Below, one piece after another: positions 36,001 through 49,246 of a DNA stretch of 64,000 bases; the stretch's first letter is position 1, and each line of letters starts with the position of its first letter. Origin of the DNA: Schmidtea polychroa. Lineage: Eukaryota. Below the pieces are notes generated by a model. The model was not told the origin of the DNA. It was given only the letters and a program-made list of their open reading frames with translations, and did not search any database. The position numbers and the translations under genes were made by a program. Location: positions 18,786,001 through 18,850,000 of the forward strand of contig CM097887.1 of assembly GCA_044892525.1 (NCBI GenBank), written 5' to 3'.

Positions 36001-36150
36001 AAAGCGCATGAGCACGGAATAAAAATCGGAGACTCAATATATTTGAATAGACCGGAACCAGTAAAAGGCCTATCAACAAAATTACAAAGACCATTTAAGG
36101 GTCCATACACAGTGTGTGATGTTACAGCAACTAATTAAAAGTTACGTCCA
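33030..36150 (+). pseudogene. pol: Degenerate Ty3/gypsy pol (PR-RT-RH-IN) with gag tail
   Basis: Protease ALLDSGSS; RT VIDLNKGY, LPFGLTGAPATF, YIDDII; RNase H TDAS, AYASRSL; integrase H..LGGH..CxxC, MDIIGP, TDQG.NF, SPYHPQTNGLVERFN; GPY motif. There are many stops and frameshifts, and the RT N-terminus is deleted. No LTRs were found. Confidence 0.95.
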
Positions 36151-37109
36151 ATGAATAAGAAAAGAGCTGAAACAATTATAGTTCATGCCAATCGATGTAA
36201 AAAAGTATCTGAAATGGAATATCAATTACGATCAAAACAAAAGAAACTTAATGATGAAACAATCATTCAACAAAAATTTCAAAAAACCCTACGCCATTAG
36301 GATATATAAACAAAGTTTTATTTATAACTACAGTCTTAATAAATATCATAGCAAATGCAAGTGGAATGACTATGAATCTACCATATGCAGTAGAAAAAGT
36401 ACCCTATTGGATAAAATGTATATATATTCAACATTTACCAGTATTGTGTGGACATATCATTGTGAAATATCAGAACAAATAGAAGTTAGTAATCTATTGA
36501 ACCCTTTCGAACCATTTCTTATGTTGAATCATGAGAAAAGCGTATATGTAGCTCGTCGATTGACAACAAATTATAAATATACTATTTAATTTATTACTAT
36601 TATTATTATTATTATTCGTAAAAATTTCTTGCATTCAAATTTGCATAAAAATCTATCTTTGAAAATTATTACAATAAAATTTGCTGCAAAATTTACTTTG
36701 AAAAATATTTCATTAAAATTTACATTAAAAATCATCTTTGTAAATTATGGCATTAAAAATTGCATTATTTTTTAAAATTTCTCAGAAGACGTTAATTCTT
36801 AAATATATCTTACATAATTAATTATTACTTTACTTAATTTTAATTTCTCAGAAGACGTCGATTCTTTAAAATATCTTATCATAAATTCCTATTCAAAAAT
36901 CCTGAGATCAAAATAACCCTTCACTGTAGTGTTTCACATTGACATTGCTTCAAATTGACATAGAGGTGTATCTGATGGTTTTGTTGCGGTATCCGAATAC
37001 CTTTTTTGCTTCACATTGACATGCTTTAGATTGATATAAATCCATTTATAACACTGCACCCTAGTTTATTTTTGAACTCAAATTGTTTCCAGAATTAAAT
37101 ACCCCTAAC

Positions 37110-37480
37110 TATATGGGTTTGCATTGACATGCTTCGGATGGTCTTGATGCAGTGCCTGAATATCTACCTACTAATTCGCAATTCTTATTAGATTTGAAAA
37201 TGAAAGTCAGAGCAATAAAAATGTTTAATAATAAGGCTGAGGTATTTACAGATGACTTATTGCTTGAATGAATTAACAAGCTAATTGAAAAAATATCAAA
37301 CATCGAGGTAGTGGGTGACGGAGTAATGAATAAAGTGGAAATATACTTTATTTTAATTTAATTTACTCCACTTAGGCGAATTTTCGGCCATACACCCTCT
37401 ATTAAAAGCTAAAAAGGCTTTTATAAACGTGGAAAATGACGATCACATGTGTCTTTTGTATGGCATTAAGAGAGTTACTA
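37110..37480 (+). pseudogene. Maverick/Polinton-type pPolB N-terminal region relic
   Basis: IEKISNIEVVGDG...FTPLR.....LKAKKAFINVENDDHMCLLYGI matches the PLRGSSYI.LP..I..KKAIINVKN.DN.CF.W pattern of invertebrate Maverick/adintovirus polymerases. Confidence 0.65.
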
Positions 37481-38344
37481 ATTATACACCATTTTAATTA
37501 AAGTTGTACGCCCATACCGACTATTGATAGTAATTTTCATAATTTGAACATGAATTATTTAATATTTGTTTCATGTACATGAATGCTATAATTATACGTC
37601 ATGTTTTCATTGGAAAATGAGTAAACTACGTATTTTAATGCATGTTTCTAGGGAAATGTCGTGTTTTGATTGAAAATTCACGAGAAGTCGATTGAATTCA
37701 ATTTGATCTCAGCTGCAGGTACTAATATATTTAAACTAGATGTGATGTCATCATTGGAAATCAGACCATTGATGATAATCATATTTACAAAATTTATACA
37801 AATTTTAACCCATAATGACATTACTCATACAATCTGTATGATTAACTTCCTTGCTTATTCTGATTTTAATAATTAAAATTTTTAACCGCACTATGAATCT
37901 CTATTCAAATTTTATGTATGAGTAATTTTAGCTGCGCAATAATTAACTCACACAAACCCGCTTATTAAAAATATGCCTTTAGATTTTCAATTTATCTGTA
38001 CCACGGTAGCAGAACCCATTCTGTGATGGTTCTATCTATATAAGCCTTATACCCTAATACTCGAAAACTCTAAATCATAAATTAAACTCTTAAATTAAAG
38101 TATTCTGGATTAAAAACTAAATTATGAATCTAAATTTCAATTTATAAAATAATTATAAAACTTAATTTTAAAGTTACATAAAAATTAAATTCTAAATTTA
38201 AAATCAAAATCTAAATTATAACGACATTAATTTATTTTTTGACCTTAATTCGACTTTGACATACTTAAATTTTTTAGCTTAATAATTTTTCTAATGAAGG
38301 TTGAACTAATACTAGTGCTACCTACTAGTGCTTCCCGCCAAAAG

Positions 38345-38620
38345 TTGAAGTGAGTTGACCGATGCACTATTGAGATAATCCACGTCGAAAGTCGTAGTAA
38401 ATCATTCACCAAAAAATCTCACGAGTTAGTTCCATTTTTTGATAGATGAAATTTTCAACTCACTGTAAACAACATAAATAGTGTCGGTATGACAAAACGT
38501 TCTCATTACGAATACCGTCAAAATTCTCAAACTCAACCATGAATATGTCAAATGGTGTAAACCAACACTAGTGATGCCAGTTCCCTATACATACATAGCA
38601 ACTCTCATTAACCAACATTG
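38345..38620 (-). pseudogene. Maverick/Polinton-type pPolB central relic
   Basis: DIFMVEFENF...HY...*...KMELTREIF..MIYYDFRRGLSQ resembles DVLLLADVFENF...HY..L.W...K.ELL.D.DM...E..IRGGISQ. Confidence 0.45.
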
Positions 38621-41600
38621 AATAAAATGTATTTAAGGAAATTTTGTAGGATATGTCTAAATCGAACTCCACATTTTATTGATAGGAATAATAACTCACC
38701 ACAATTTTTACCACAAATTACAATCGTTCAAATTTTCATCGATACAATTAATTATTTGTCTGATAATAGAGACGGGAAAACCGCCTCATGCAAAATTGGT
38801 TTGGTTAGCGTTTGAGCTTTTTATATGACTCTCGTCACTTAATTTAAATTCAATTATTGATAAATGAAGAGTCGGAAAGATTTGTTTAATTTAATTGTTT
38901 TTATTTTAGCTTGACAGGCTGACATTTTGTTTGTCTAGCTCGGGGATTTCGTTCCTAATTAAATTTATTTGTTTTTTAATTAATTAATTAATTAGTTTGC
39001 ATTTTCTTAATAACTTTGATCAGGACCCTGAATCGATCCTATTACTATTTTCTTATTCATATCATCATTTATTGCCTATTCATCTGTTTTACCGAAGACT
39101 AATTTTTAAAATTTTAAAATTATTCTTTACACTTTATTTTGTGTTAAATTTTATATTTTGATTGTATAAAGATTCTGACTCGAATAATAATAAAAATTAA
39201 AATAAATTGATTCTCTGTTTTTTGTTCGATATGTTTTCCACCATTGTCCGGCTTATCATTATTTTCATCATTAATTTTACATAGTGTTATTGGTGATGTC
39301 TTTATTAACCTGATTATCAATGATAACAACTGCAATTTGTTGTCCAATAAGCGACCAAGTTTTTTCTTTTCTATAATCTGAGAAACACGAACATGTCGAA
39401 TCAGAACTGACAAAAGATAACTTAAAATATAAACATGACAATTCAGAACAAGTTATAAAAACATTTAATTTTATTGTATCTATACCATATATATTTATTA
39501 AATAAGAAATTTAAGAAATAAATATAAAAAACATGGTGAGAAACGGCATAAATTAATGTTTTATTTTTAACTTGTTCTGTTTTGTCATAGTTGCCGAAAT
39601 TTTTATATCTTAGGTTAAGTGCTGTTGCGATCTTGAATATTTCATAACTCGTCATTCTTGTTATTCCAGTTATCAATAATATGACCAGTATTACCATGGT
39701 GAATTAATTTTCAAGAGAGTTCCAAAAATCAGTAGTTATTACAATTGCCGTCACTCCTTTAACATTTTCACTTTTGCTGTCATACATATTAGTCAACAAT
39801 TTATCAGTACTATTGATATTATTCTTTCACCACTCGCTATCCAGACTGACAACAAAACTTAGATTTTTCCGCTTTGAAGTAAATGATGACGCCGATGTAA
39901 ACCTTCTAAATAAAGTTGACTTTGAAAGCTAAGTTTGTGATACCGTATCGAGTATTTGTTTTGAAGGTGATAATTAAGTGACTTATCCATGAATGCGAAA
40001 GATTTATTGAAGTGATTGAAATTAACAGCATCTTTGATATTTCTATCAACCTAAAATTGAAATCCAAAATGTTCATGTAATCGACCTGATATAATATTAT
40101 AATTATTAACTCAATTACTCTTCATCGCCATATCACGTTGACTGTAATTAATGCTTCCAGACTTCCAGTACTTTTATTAGTTATGAGTGGATAAAGATTA
40201 ATTTTTTAATAAAAATACTATCGTTAATATGAAATAACAATTAATTAGGTTAAAATTAATCTTGGATTTCTTCAGTCCTAATGTCATAAGAAATTTATAA
40301 AATTTTACATTTTTAACTAATAACTAATATAGAGAGTTTATTGATTTGAAAAATATTGTTTTATTTATTTTATTGCCTTTATTATTATGTTATATTATTA
40401 TATATCTATATAAATGCACAGAGGTTCCCTTCCAATCGACATAAGAATTTGATTCCAAATGTTTGAATTTCGGTTCCATAAATACAAGTGCTTGACAGGA
40501 AAGTATAATTTTAAATAAAATTTCACTACCATTTATTTTTCAAAGAAACTTATTGGTTAATTGTCATCGCAGACTCCGATCTATCATTGCCAGTTATCCT
40601 CTTTTCCTTTTATCTTTCTTTACTTTTAAATTACCTATGAAAGTTCTACTCAAGTTCGACCACGTACCAGTCTTCTCCAAGAAGAAAACGTTGTAACTCT
40701 GAAAAAATCAACTTTCTTTGACGTTGTTGTCGATTCCTTAACTTCGCAAAACATAGCTAATTTTTTCTCTTGGTTTCATTTTCAAAAACCACGACATAAC
40801 TCCTTTTAAAACTTCAGCTCAAAATACAAATATAAATCAAATCAAAATTCCAAAACCAATTCGACAATTAAATTCCAACAACTCGCATTAACCAATTGCC
40901 CGCGTCTTTATGCGCACACAAAATAAAAGCCAATTTCAGAGAACAAAACACACAGACGCGACACTTAAACTCAGGATTGACCACTTATAATATCTTATAA
41001 CACTTTCAAAACCAACGCGCACACAGACGCGATAATTAACATCAGGATTTACCAAATCACTTATTGATAATATTGTGACAATCAGCTATTTTATTGATTC
41101 TTCCTAATATTATGAAGAATTACTCAATTTTAAAATTTCTGGAGTTAAATTTTATATTTAATAAAAAATACATCTAAAAATTAACAAGGATATTTTGAAT
41201 ATTTCATATTTAAATTAACTAAATAATTATAAATATAAGCTGTATAAATGATAGAAAGTTTGATTCCATTTTTATTGACTTACAGTTTGAGCCTCTGTCA
41301 CATCTTGTTTTTGAAAGGATAAATTAACCGAAGTTTTATTATTCTATATTTTATAAATGAAATGAAAATAAAAAAGTTTATCACTACCATTATTAATGTA
41401 ATGAATAATATTTAAATTCACAACATCTATTTATTTCACAATATTACAACAAATTAATTTCCATTACGAGTTCCTTAGATTCTTCAGGATCTCATACTTT
41501 TGATTTTGATTCATTTCTGCAAAATTTTTTATTTTGAAATTTCTAGAATCGTTTTTTTAGAGAAATTGTTTTGAGAATTGCGAGAATATCTGAAATTTTT

Positions 41601-42278
41601 CACTTATTTATATATTATATTCGATTAATAAAATAATTAAGAAGCTATATAACTATCTATAGCAATCTTTTTACAAAAATCGCTGTATGCCTTAATTTTA
41701 AAATAATATTACAATAAATATTACAATAATATTACAATAAATATTCTTTAGTAAGGAAATATGAAAATAATTTAAACACTGGGGATTTGTAATTTTAAAA
41801 ACTACAAGTAGAATGTGAAAATTTCAATCAGAATATTTATAAAAATGATGAAAATAAAGTTAAAAGAGAATAATTGCAGAATTTTTTTATAATTTAAGAA
41901 TAAGTTCATAAATTATTACTTGGGATATAATCACATTGAATTAAAGTGTTTTTTTAATTTATAATTTTAAAAATTATGAATAAATTAAAAAACGTCTCAA
42001 AATATAGAATGTTTGTTTTAATAATACTGAATTAAAAGCTCTGTGTTTTTTGGATTGTTTGGAAATAAAAATTTATTATTGGTTTAGTCCTTACGGATAC
42101 AGAAAATTTAAATATAATAAAAACTAGTACATTCCATATTTAAAATCACTTAATCTAAATAAAAAAATTGAATAAGATTCTTTCTGATTCTTAAAATTTA
42201 TAATTCTGAATAAGTTTACAAAAGTATCATTGGGCTAAATATTATAAATATTCTAATGTACATCTCGATATTATATAG

Positions 42279-42680
42279 CAAAGAGTAGATATGAACAAAT
42301 AATGAAATGGCGTGACAAAGATTTAGACGGAGTTATGATTTCCAATGAATGTTTTGGACGTACTAATATTTTAATTTCGTCGGACCAGGAAAGGTTGCTG
42401 AACCTGCTGGCCGTAAAGGAAGAATGGTTGATGTAGATGGAAAGGTTAGGTATGAGTCAAGAAGAGAAATATAAATTAGCCCCGATCAAATAATTTTGAT
42501 TGAAAAAGACCATTTTAATAAATGGGAAAAACTGATTATATGAGACGCTGCCAGTACTGGTATTTCTTTACACTCCGACAAAAGATTTGAAAATAAACGA
42601 CATAAATTTCACAATACTCTCGAATCGCCCTGGTCAACTGGTAAAACTTTACAGGCATCGAAGTCAAATAGAACTAATAT
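42279..42680 (+). pseudogene. SBNO: Decayed strawberry notch (SBNO) helicase copy
   Basis: KSRYEQIMKWRDKDLDGVMISNEC (cf. RLxQLLxWCGxDFDGVIVFDECH), GPGKVAEPAGRKGRMV...YESR and AASTGISLHSDKR...TLESPWS (cf. AASSGISLQADRR...TLELPWS). Contains in-frame stops. Confidence 0.85.
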
Positions 42681-43469
42681 AAGATATGTTATGAATGAAA
42701 TATACAACATATTTATCGATGACGCAGATGGAGCCCAGAAATTAGGATAACATAAGCATCCACAAAGTCACTAATATCATCACCGGAATTCCTTGGGAAT
42801 TGTCTAAAGAAGAGTTTGATCAAAAATCATTACCAAACCGTAAAGAATCTAAAGAAATATCGAATACTTTTTTTATTAATATTGTAGAGAATTAAATTTC
42901 ATCTATACATTGTTACATTAAAAACTCAATAAAATTATTTTAACTATATGAAAAATGCAAACTTTACAAAAGACGTGCGTGTAGCGCAAACAACACATAA
43001 TTTTTGCTATTACGAATTCTTAGAGAATTACATTTAATCTATGCATTGTTACAGTGAAAACTCAATAAACTTATTTCAACTCGGCGAACAATTAAAAATA
43101 TACAACAAAAAGATATACATAGTTATACTAAAAACGAGATCAAACCTTTTCAATTGACTGAAAAATTCCTTTAAATAAAGAAGTATGGTAGAATACAGTG
43201 TCTGGTCACATACTCCCAAATCTAGATATAAGTATGCAGATAAAAATTAAAAAATTTATAATATATGACGTGATCGGTGATTAAAAAAATATAATTTGAT
43301 CTTATTGGCCTTGAAAAGTTCGAGCAAATTGGACAACTGAGTTTAACAAAGCGTCAATTTAATCAATAAGTTTACCTAAAAATTAATTATTTCAACCCGC
43401 TTGGTAGATTATGCTCCAAACATTTCACAATTTCACTTTTAAATTTTCTGACTGTATGAAAGAAGAACT

Positions 43470-44150
43470 CAGCGGCGTCGCTAGGCGGGTGCGGAACGCA
43501 CCGGGTTACACCAAATGAAAATTTGCAATGTGGGGGAATAGCGGGGGAAAACTGAGAGACGCTGGACCCTCTCTGCGAGAAGAAAACAGTAGGGAGATGC
43601 TGTAATGTATTGATCATTTTCATTCTGAACTCCAGATGAGATCAAAATAGCAGATATGTTTGCGGTTGTTTATCTCAAGAGTCTACTGTCGGCAAGTCAA
43701 GAAGAGTTACTGATATCCGTTCCAAAATTAACCTATTTCTATGACGAGTTATTAGAAGATGAGATTGACTTCCTTATTCAATTATTTCTCACAATTTGTG
43801 TGTATGTGGCATAATGTGATCGGAGTTTTTCAAAACTAAAGCTGATAAAGAATTATTTACGATCCATCATGGGACAGTCAAGCCTTTCTGATCTGGCTCT
43901 ATTAACAATTGAAAGTGAGACCGTGAAGGACATAGACTTTGATGAAGTGATTGAGAGGGTTGCAGGTCTGAAGACCAGGAAAGGAAAATTTTATAGAATA
44001 TATTAATATCTATAACTTAACGTTGTTACAGTTTTCTAATACTTGTGCACGCTGACCTTCAGTTAACTTGTTTTTGATAGTGTTGATTTATTAAATGCTG
44101 AATAAATAAGAATGTGGTCGAAATCTGGAGGGGTGATACCAACCCTAGAG
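43470..44150 (+). mobile_element. Internally deleted hAT element with dimerisation-domain remnant
   Basis: Starts CAGCGGCGTCGCTAGG. Peptide NYLRSIMGQSSLSDLALLTIESETVKDIDFDEVIERVAGLKTRKGKF. The right TIR is eroded. Confidence 0.7.
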
Positions 44151-44592
44151 ACACAACTACAAGAATTTACTTTTCAGTTGACCACAACTGTCAACCTTTA
44201 CTAAGTGTAAAATTCAATAAAGGTCCCACACCCTGATTCACAAATTAGGAAATTCATATTTCAAATGGAAATTATTTTAATTTATTAATTAGTTTTTGAT
44301 TTTGTAATTACATTTTCTAATGATCTCTCATCAATTTTAAATTATTATATCCATCTTTATTTTTTCTAAATTTAATTTTTACATTTTATCATACTTTAAT
44401 TACATTTTTATTAATCCTTTTCTTTGTTTTTGTTATCCATTATAAAAGTACTATGCTTTAGTCTTTATTTACTAACATGCTCATATCATAAAAATTTGTA
44501 AAAATGGGTTAAATATTATTTTAATATGAAGATATATTATGAAGTGATTGACAAGTTAGCAACTCTGAAGACCAAAAAAGGAAAATTTTAAA

Positions 44593-44595
<3 letters not shown>

Positions 44596-44640
<45 letters not shown>
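44596..44640. repeat. (TA)n microsatellite
   Basis: Direct reading. Confidence 0.95.
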
Positions 44641-44645
<5 letters not shown>

Positions 44646-46249
44646 GAAAACACCAAATCCAATGTATAGTGGCATAATATTTTTCAGGGATATAGTTTCT
44701 TAATGGTGGCAAATCTGCTTGATTATTTGTCCCTATATGTTCATAAAAATCTACATCTTCAGGTTCTGCAGAATTTCAGAATACATTTTGTAAGGATTTG
44801 TTCATTTAAACAAAGTTAATAATGGATTTTAGGCTGTTTTGAAAATTCGCGTTAAATAAATAAAAATATTGATATGAAATGAAAATTAAGGATTTTGATA
44901 AATTAGTTTTGTAGTTAAATTAAAATATTAACAGTTATAGTTTTATGGTTTTTATAATGCAAATTAGTAAATTTCTTAAGAATAACAACTTTAAAAATAT
45001 TATTTATTAATTCAAAAAATTGAAAAATAATTATTTTCCTATAAATTTTAAATTTATAAAGAATTTTTGAATTAAAAAATAATATCTCAAAAATTCAAGT
45101 TATGGTAATAAATTAATTTAAAAGTGATATTTAGGAACTTATTGGCGTTCAGGTTTTTCCCCCTGAAGTCCATATATATTATATACTCATTACTTGGGTC
45201 CTTGAAAAATTCATAGAAAATAAAACTAATAAAATCGATAAAAAATATTTTTAAAACGAATTCAAATTTAAAGTGTAAAAAAACAACCTAGGGAAAAAAA
45301 CAATCCTATTCAGTGGGAATCTATTCAACAAACATTAACAATAGGCATGTTCAAATCCCAGGTAAAACTATTTTTTTATAAACGAATTTCAATGTTTCTG
45401 TTTTAATATAACAACAATTTTATAATTTTTTTCTCCTCATCATCAAATTTGAAATAAGCACCCATGTTGATATATATCTCCCTATTAAAACAACCACAAG
45501 AATTCATATATCTATTCGAAAATCTCTAATAATTCTTAAAGAAAGAACGTTGTCGGGCTTCTGTGTGCCCACACATACTATATACTATTTTAACAACAAC
45601 GTGCACACAGAAGTGATAAAAATGACTAAACAAATCCGTCCGTGTCTGTATGCATACACACACCAGAAACTATTACAAGAAAAACGCGCGCACAGACGCG
45701 AGGCCGAAATTGCCTGAAACAAATAATGTTTGTATTTTGTGTGTATTAGTATTTTTTTAAATTAACTTACAAAATAATTTATTGAACCCGGGATCTATCC
45801 CTGAATTGTTTGAATTTCTTTCGAACATCTTTCGAAATTGTTTATTATTTTTAATTATATAAATGAATAAACGTCTACAATATTATTGTTAATTTTGTAA
45901 TAAAACCCTTCACAAACTCACAAAGTAAAACATGAAAAAATTAAAATACATCAAACAAAAATAGGTAGTTCTAAACTCCCAAAACACCAATCGACTCAGG
46001 ATCGATCCCTGAATTATTTGAATTTCTTTCTGTCTTTCGGTGTTTCGATGTTTCAGTAATGGGTTTATATCACCACTGAAATCAACTTCGTGAGTGAGAA
46101 GTGATGATAAACGCATTACAGAGTTAAAAAAATACCTGAATAAAAAAACTGCTCAAAAGACAGCCGTGTAAAAAAATAAAAAAAACAAAAACAATATTTT
46201 TTTGGATTTTGTTATAAAAATATTTCCAAAGCTCATAAAGAACAACATG

Positions 46250-46335
46250 AGAAAGTTCATCAAACAAAAATCGGTAGTGACCTACAACAAGCAAGTTCTA
46301 AATTTCCTGAAGTTCCATGGGCTAAATACAAAGGG
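46250..46335 (+). pseudogene. Possible N-terminal fragment of a Maverick-type PLA2 ORF
   Basis: GSDLQQASSKFPEVPWAKYKGEHNL resembles the segment preceding the LPGY..GPG motif in Maverick PLA2 proteins. The match is short. Confidence 0.3.
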
Positions 46336-47008
46336 GAACATAATCTTCTAACTTGATAATAAACCTGCATTAATTAAAATGCCACAAATTAGAGATTCCA
46401 AATTGTATTTTAATAATTATGGGAATTTATTAAAATCTTTCAGTGTTAAATTTAAAACCAAATCTAATAGAGGAATATCAAAATATTTTAATAAAAAATT
46501 ATTTGGAATAATTGTTTATGATAATATTATGATAAAGAATCCAAAATTCCATTACTAGAATAACTTGAAATTTTTTTAATTTCTATTAAATAATTTTATA
46601 AATTTCCATTGGTTCAATAAATATTATCAGCATATTTAGTTTATATTTTAAAAGTAATTACTCCGATTGGATTGAATCTCGAGAAATATTTTATAAAGAT
46701 TATCTGGATAAATAAATTTTCAACCATAATTTATATTTCAAAATACTAATTATTGGTTGAAAGATAGAACCGAACAATAGGAAAATTTTATTAAGACTAC
46801 CGAATAAAAAGTGAGCCTCTTCCAAATATATCTTATTTATATTTGTACGAATTTATACATTTGTTTGAATTTATCTATTGTTTTAAACTAGTTTCACAAA
46901 TAATAATTGTTCTGTATTATTAAAAAATTATTATAAGTTCAAAACACTGAAACATAAAAAGTATAATAATTTAATATTTAAAATTAGAAGATATATTCAC
47001 GATTAATA

Positions 47009-47174
47009 NNNNNNNNNNNNNNNNNNNNNNNNNNNNNNNNNNNNNNNNNNNNNNNNNNNNNNNNNNNNNNNNNNNNNNNNNNNNNNNNNNNNNNNNNNNN
47101 NNNNNNNNNNNNNNNNNNNNNNNNNNNNNNNNNNNNNNNNNNNNNNNNNNNNNNNNNNNNNNNNNNNNNNNNNN
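47009..47174. other. Assembly gap (N run)
   Basis: Run of N. Confidence 1.
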
Positions 47175-47332
47175 AGAATAACAATTTTATTGGCATCTAC
47201 AGGGCCACGTGGATCAGTTTCGAATAATAACAGTTTGTCCATTGTAATATCATGAAATAATGCCATCCTTGAACGAAATTGAATGAAATCAGGATATGGA
47301 ATATAATTTTTATTGTTATATGATAGCGCTAT

Positions 47333-47556
47333 NNNNNNNNNNNNNNNNNNNNNNNNNNNNNNNNNNNNNNNNNNNNNNNNNNNNNNNNNNNNNNNNNNNN
47401 NNNNNNNNNNNNNNNNNNNNNNNNNNNNNNNNNNNNNNNNNNNNNNNNNNNNNNNNNNNNNNNNNNNNNNNNNNNNNNNNNNNNNNNNNNNNNNNNNNNN
47501 NNNNNNNNNNNNNNNNNNNNNNNNNNNNNNNNNNNNNNNNNNNNNNNNNNNNNNNN
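47333..47556. other. Assembly gap (N run)
   Basis: Run of N. Confidence 1.
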
Positions 47557-49246
47557 TTGTCAATTATTATCCCTAGCGTATTGCCCGTTGAACAATCAAT
47601 CGATCATCTATAGCTGTGTAAATATACCAATATCACTCACTCCACTAAAACAGACTCCAAAGTTTATGTGCTTTTCAATTTCAATAAAATTAATATATAT
47701 GTAATTATAATTATACGCTGTTCTTACGATTTCATACAAGAAGTTTATGATTTCATCAGTGAATTTAAACTTATTAATTCAAATTGAGATTAATTGGTAT
47801 ATTCAATGAAAAATAATACAATTACAAAAAAAGTACAAGAATTTATGTTGGATTATTAATAATTTTAAGTTTTGCCATCTGGTTTGAAAAAGCAGTTCTC
47901 AAAAATATTGTCTTTTTCAATACAAATCTTTTTATTGCTCTTGAAAAGTTTACTGGTTCTTTTGATTATTCTCCGGCAAATCATAGAAAAAAACATTTAT
48001 AAGTTTCAATAATTAATAATAATTACATTTTATGCCAGTATATTTTCATGTTAAATAAACTGATTAATTTTATTCTTTAAAATATTTTTTATTTATTACA
48101 AATCAATGAAACAAATAAATAAAAACAAATTATTTGTTCTTTAAAAACAATAAATTCGAGGGATTGTGAGAATAGTGCTAAAATATTGCTTCATTAAAAA
48201 CAACCTAATACTATAAATATTATTACATTCATAAGCGAACCGCATCAAAATTAACCCAACCAGTTCTTAAAAGAAGTGAAAGAAAATCGTGCTTTGTTGT
48301 ATTTGAATTAAACATGTTCATATGAAATTTTATAATTTTATACATGATAACTATTCTTGAATTTTCTTATATTTTATAGATTATAAGTAATGTAATTATT
48401 TTTTATTCGTCTTTATCTAAAACCCACATTTAAAGAATACTAGTTAAAATGGAATAAGTGATTCATCAGAAATTGTCTAGCAATCGATGAGATATTAAAA
48501 AAAAACATTTAACGAACTGTTAGTAGCTGCTTTCTACTTTGTTGAAGAGATATAACCTAAATAGAAATTTAATTTAATTTTGTGTTTTAATGAAGCAATT
48601 AGATAACAATTTTAATTTTGTTTAAATTAACGCCCACGTTTTAAATTTAGTTTTGCATAATTTAATCATTAATATTCATTTAGTATTGACTTCCGTGTTC
48701 TTTTCTTTTTGCCAAACTGCAATTGATATTATCTGTTTCTGTTATTTTGATCATTTCCTTAGAACTTTCCTCATGCTTTCATTCTGTTAACATAATTTTG
48801 TTTTTAACCGTGATATCGTACTTCTTAATTGCTTCCCTTGATAAGAGAACTTTCACAAATCCACCTTTGAAGTCATACAATATCGACATTATTTCGAATC
48901 AACGTTCCCTCTAATTTTTTAGATATCTGAGCGGGAAATGTGCGGCGTGAGCAGTAAATTTACAGAACAAGATTTAGTGAGCGGAAAATTTGCATGAAAA
49001 TTAATTAAAACAAAAATTAAAAAATTAAATATTTAATTTATTATATATGTAATTCATTTTTTCGTATATAATTCATATTTATAGCTAAAGCTACATATTG
49101 ACTTAGTAATTAATGCATATTAATACTTCATTTATTTATGCAATTTGCATTTCATAATGTATATACTTATCTTATAATATTCTTTTTAAATTTAATTATT
49201 TGGATTTATAAAAGAAAATATATAATATTAAACGACGGAATGTCCA

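Noticed and set aside
36185-36589. 134-aa ORF after the gypsy integrase
   Set aside because: A low-complexity AT-rich frame in the element's 3' tail with no recognisable env or other motif.
47175-47332. Open peptide between gaps (YIPYPDFIQFRSRMALFHDITMDKLLLFETDPRGP)
   Set aside because: It may be a real exon, but it is bounded by N runs and cannot be assigned. ORF-track entries spanning N runs are artefacts.
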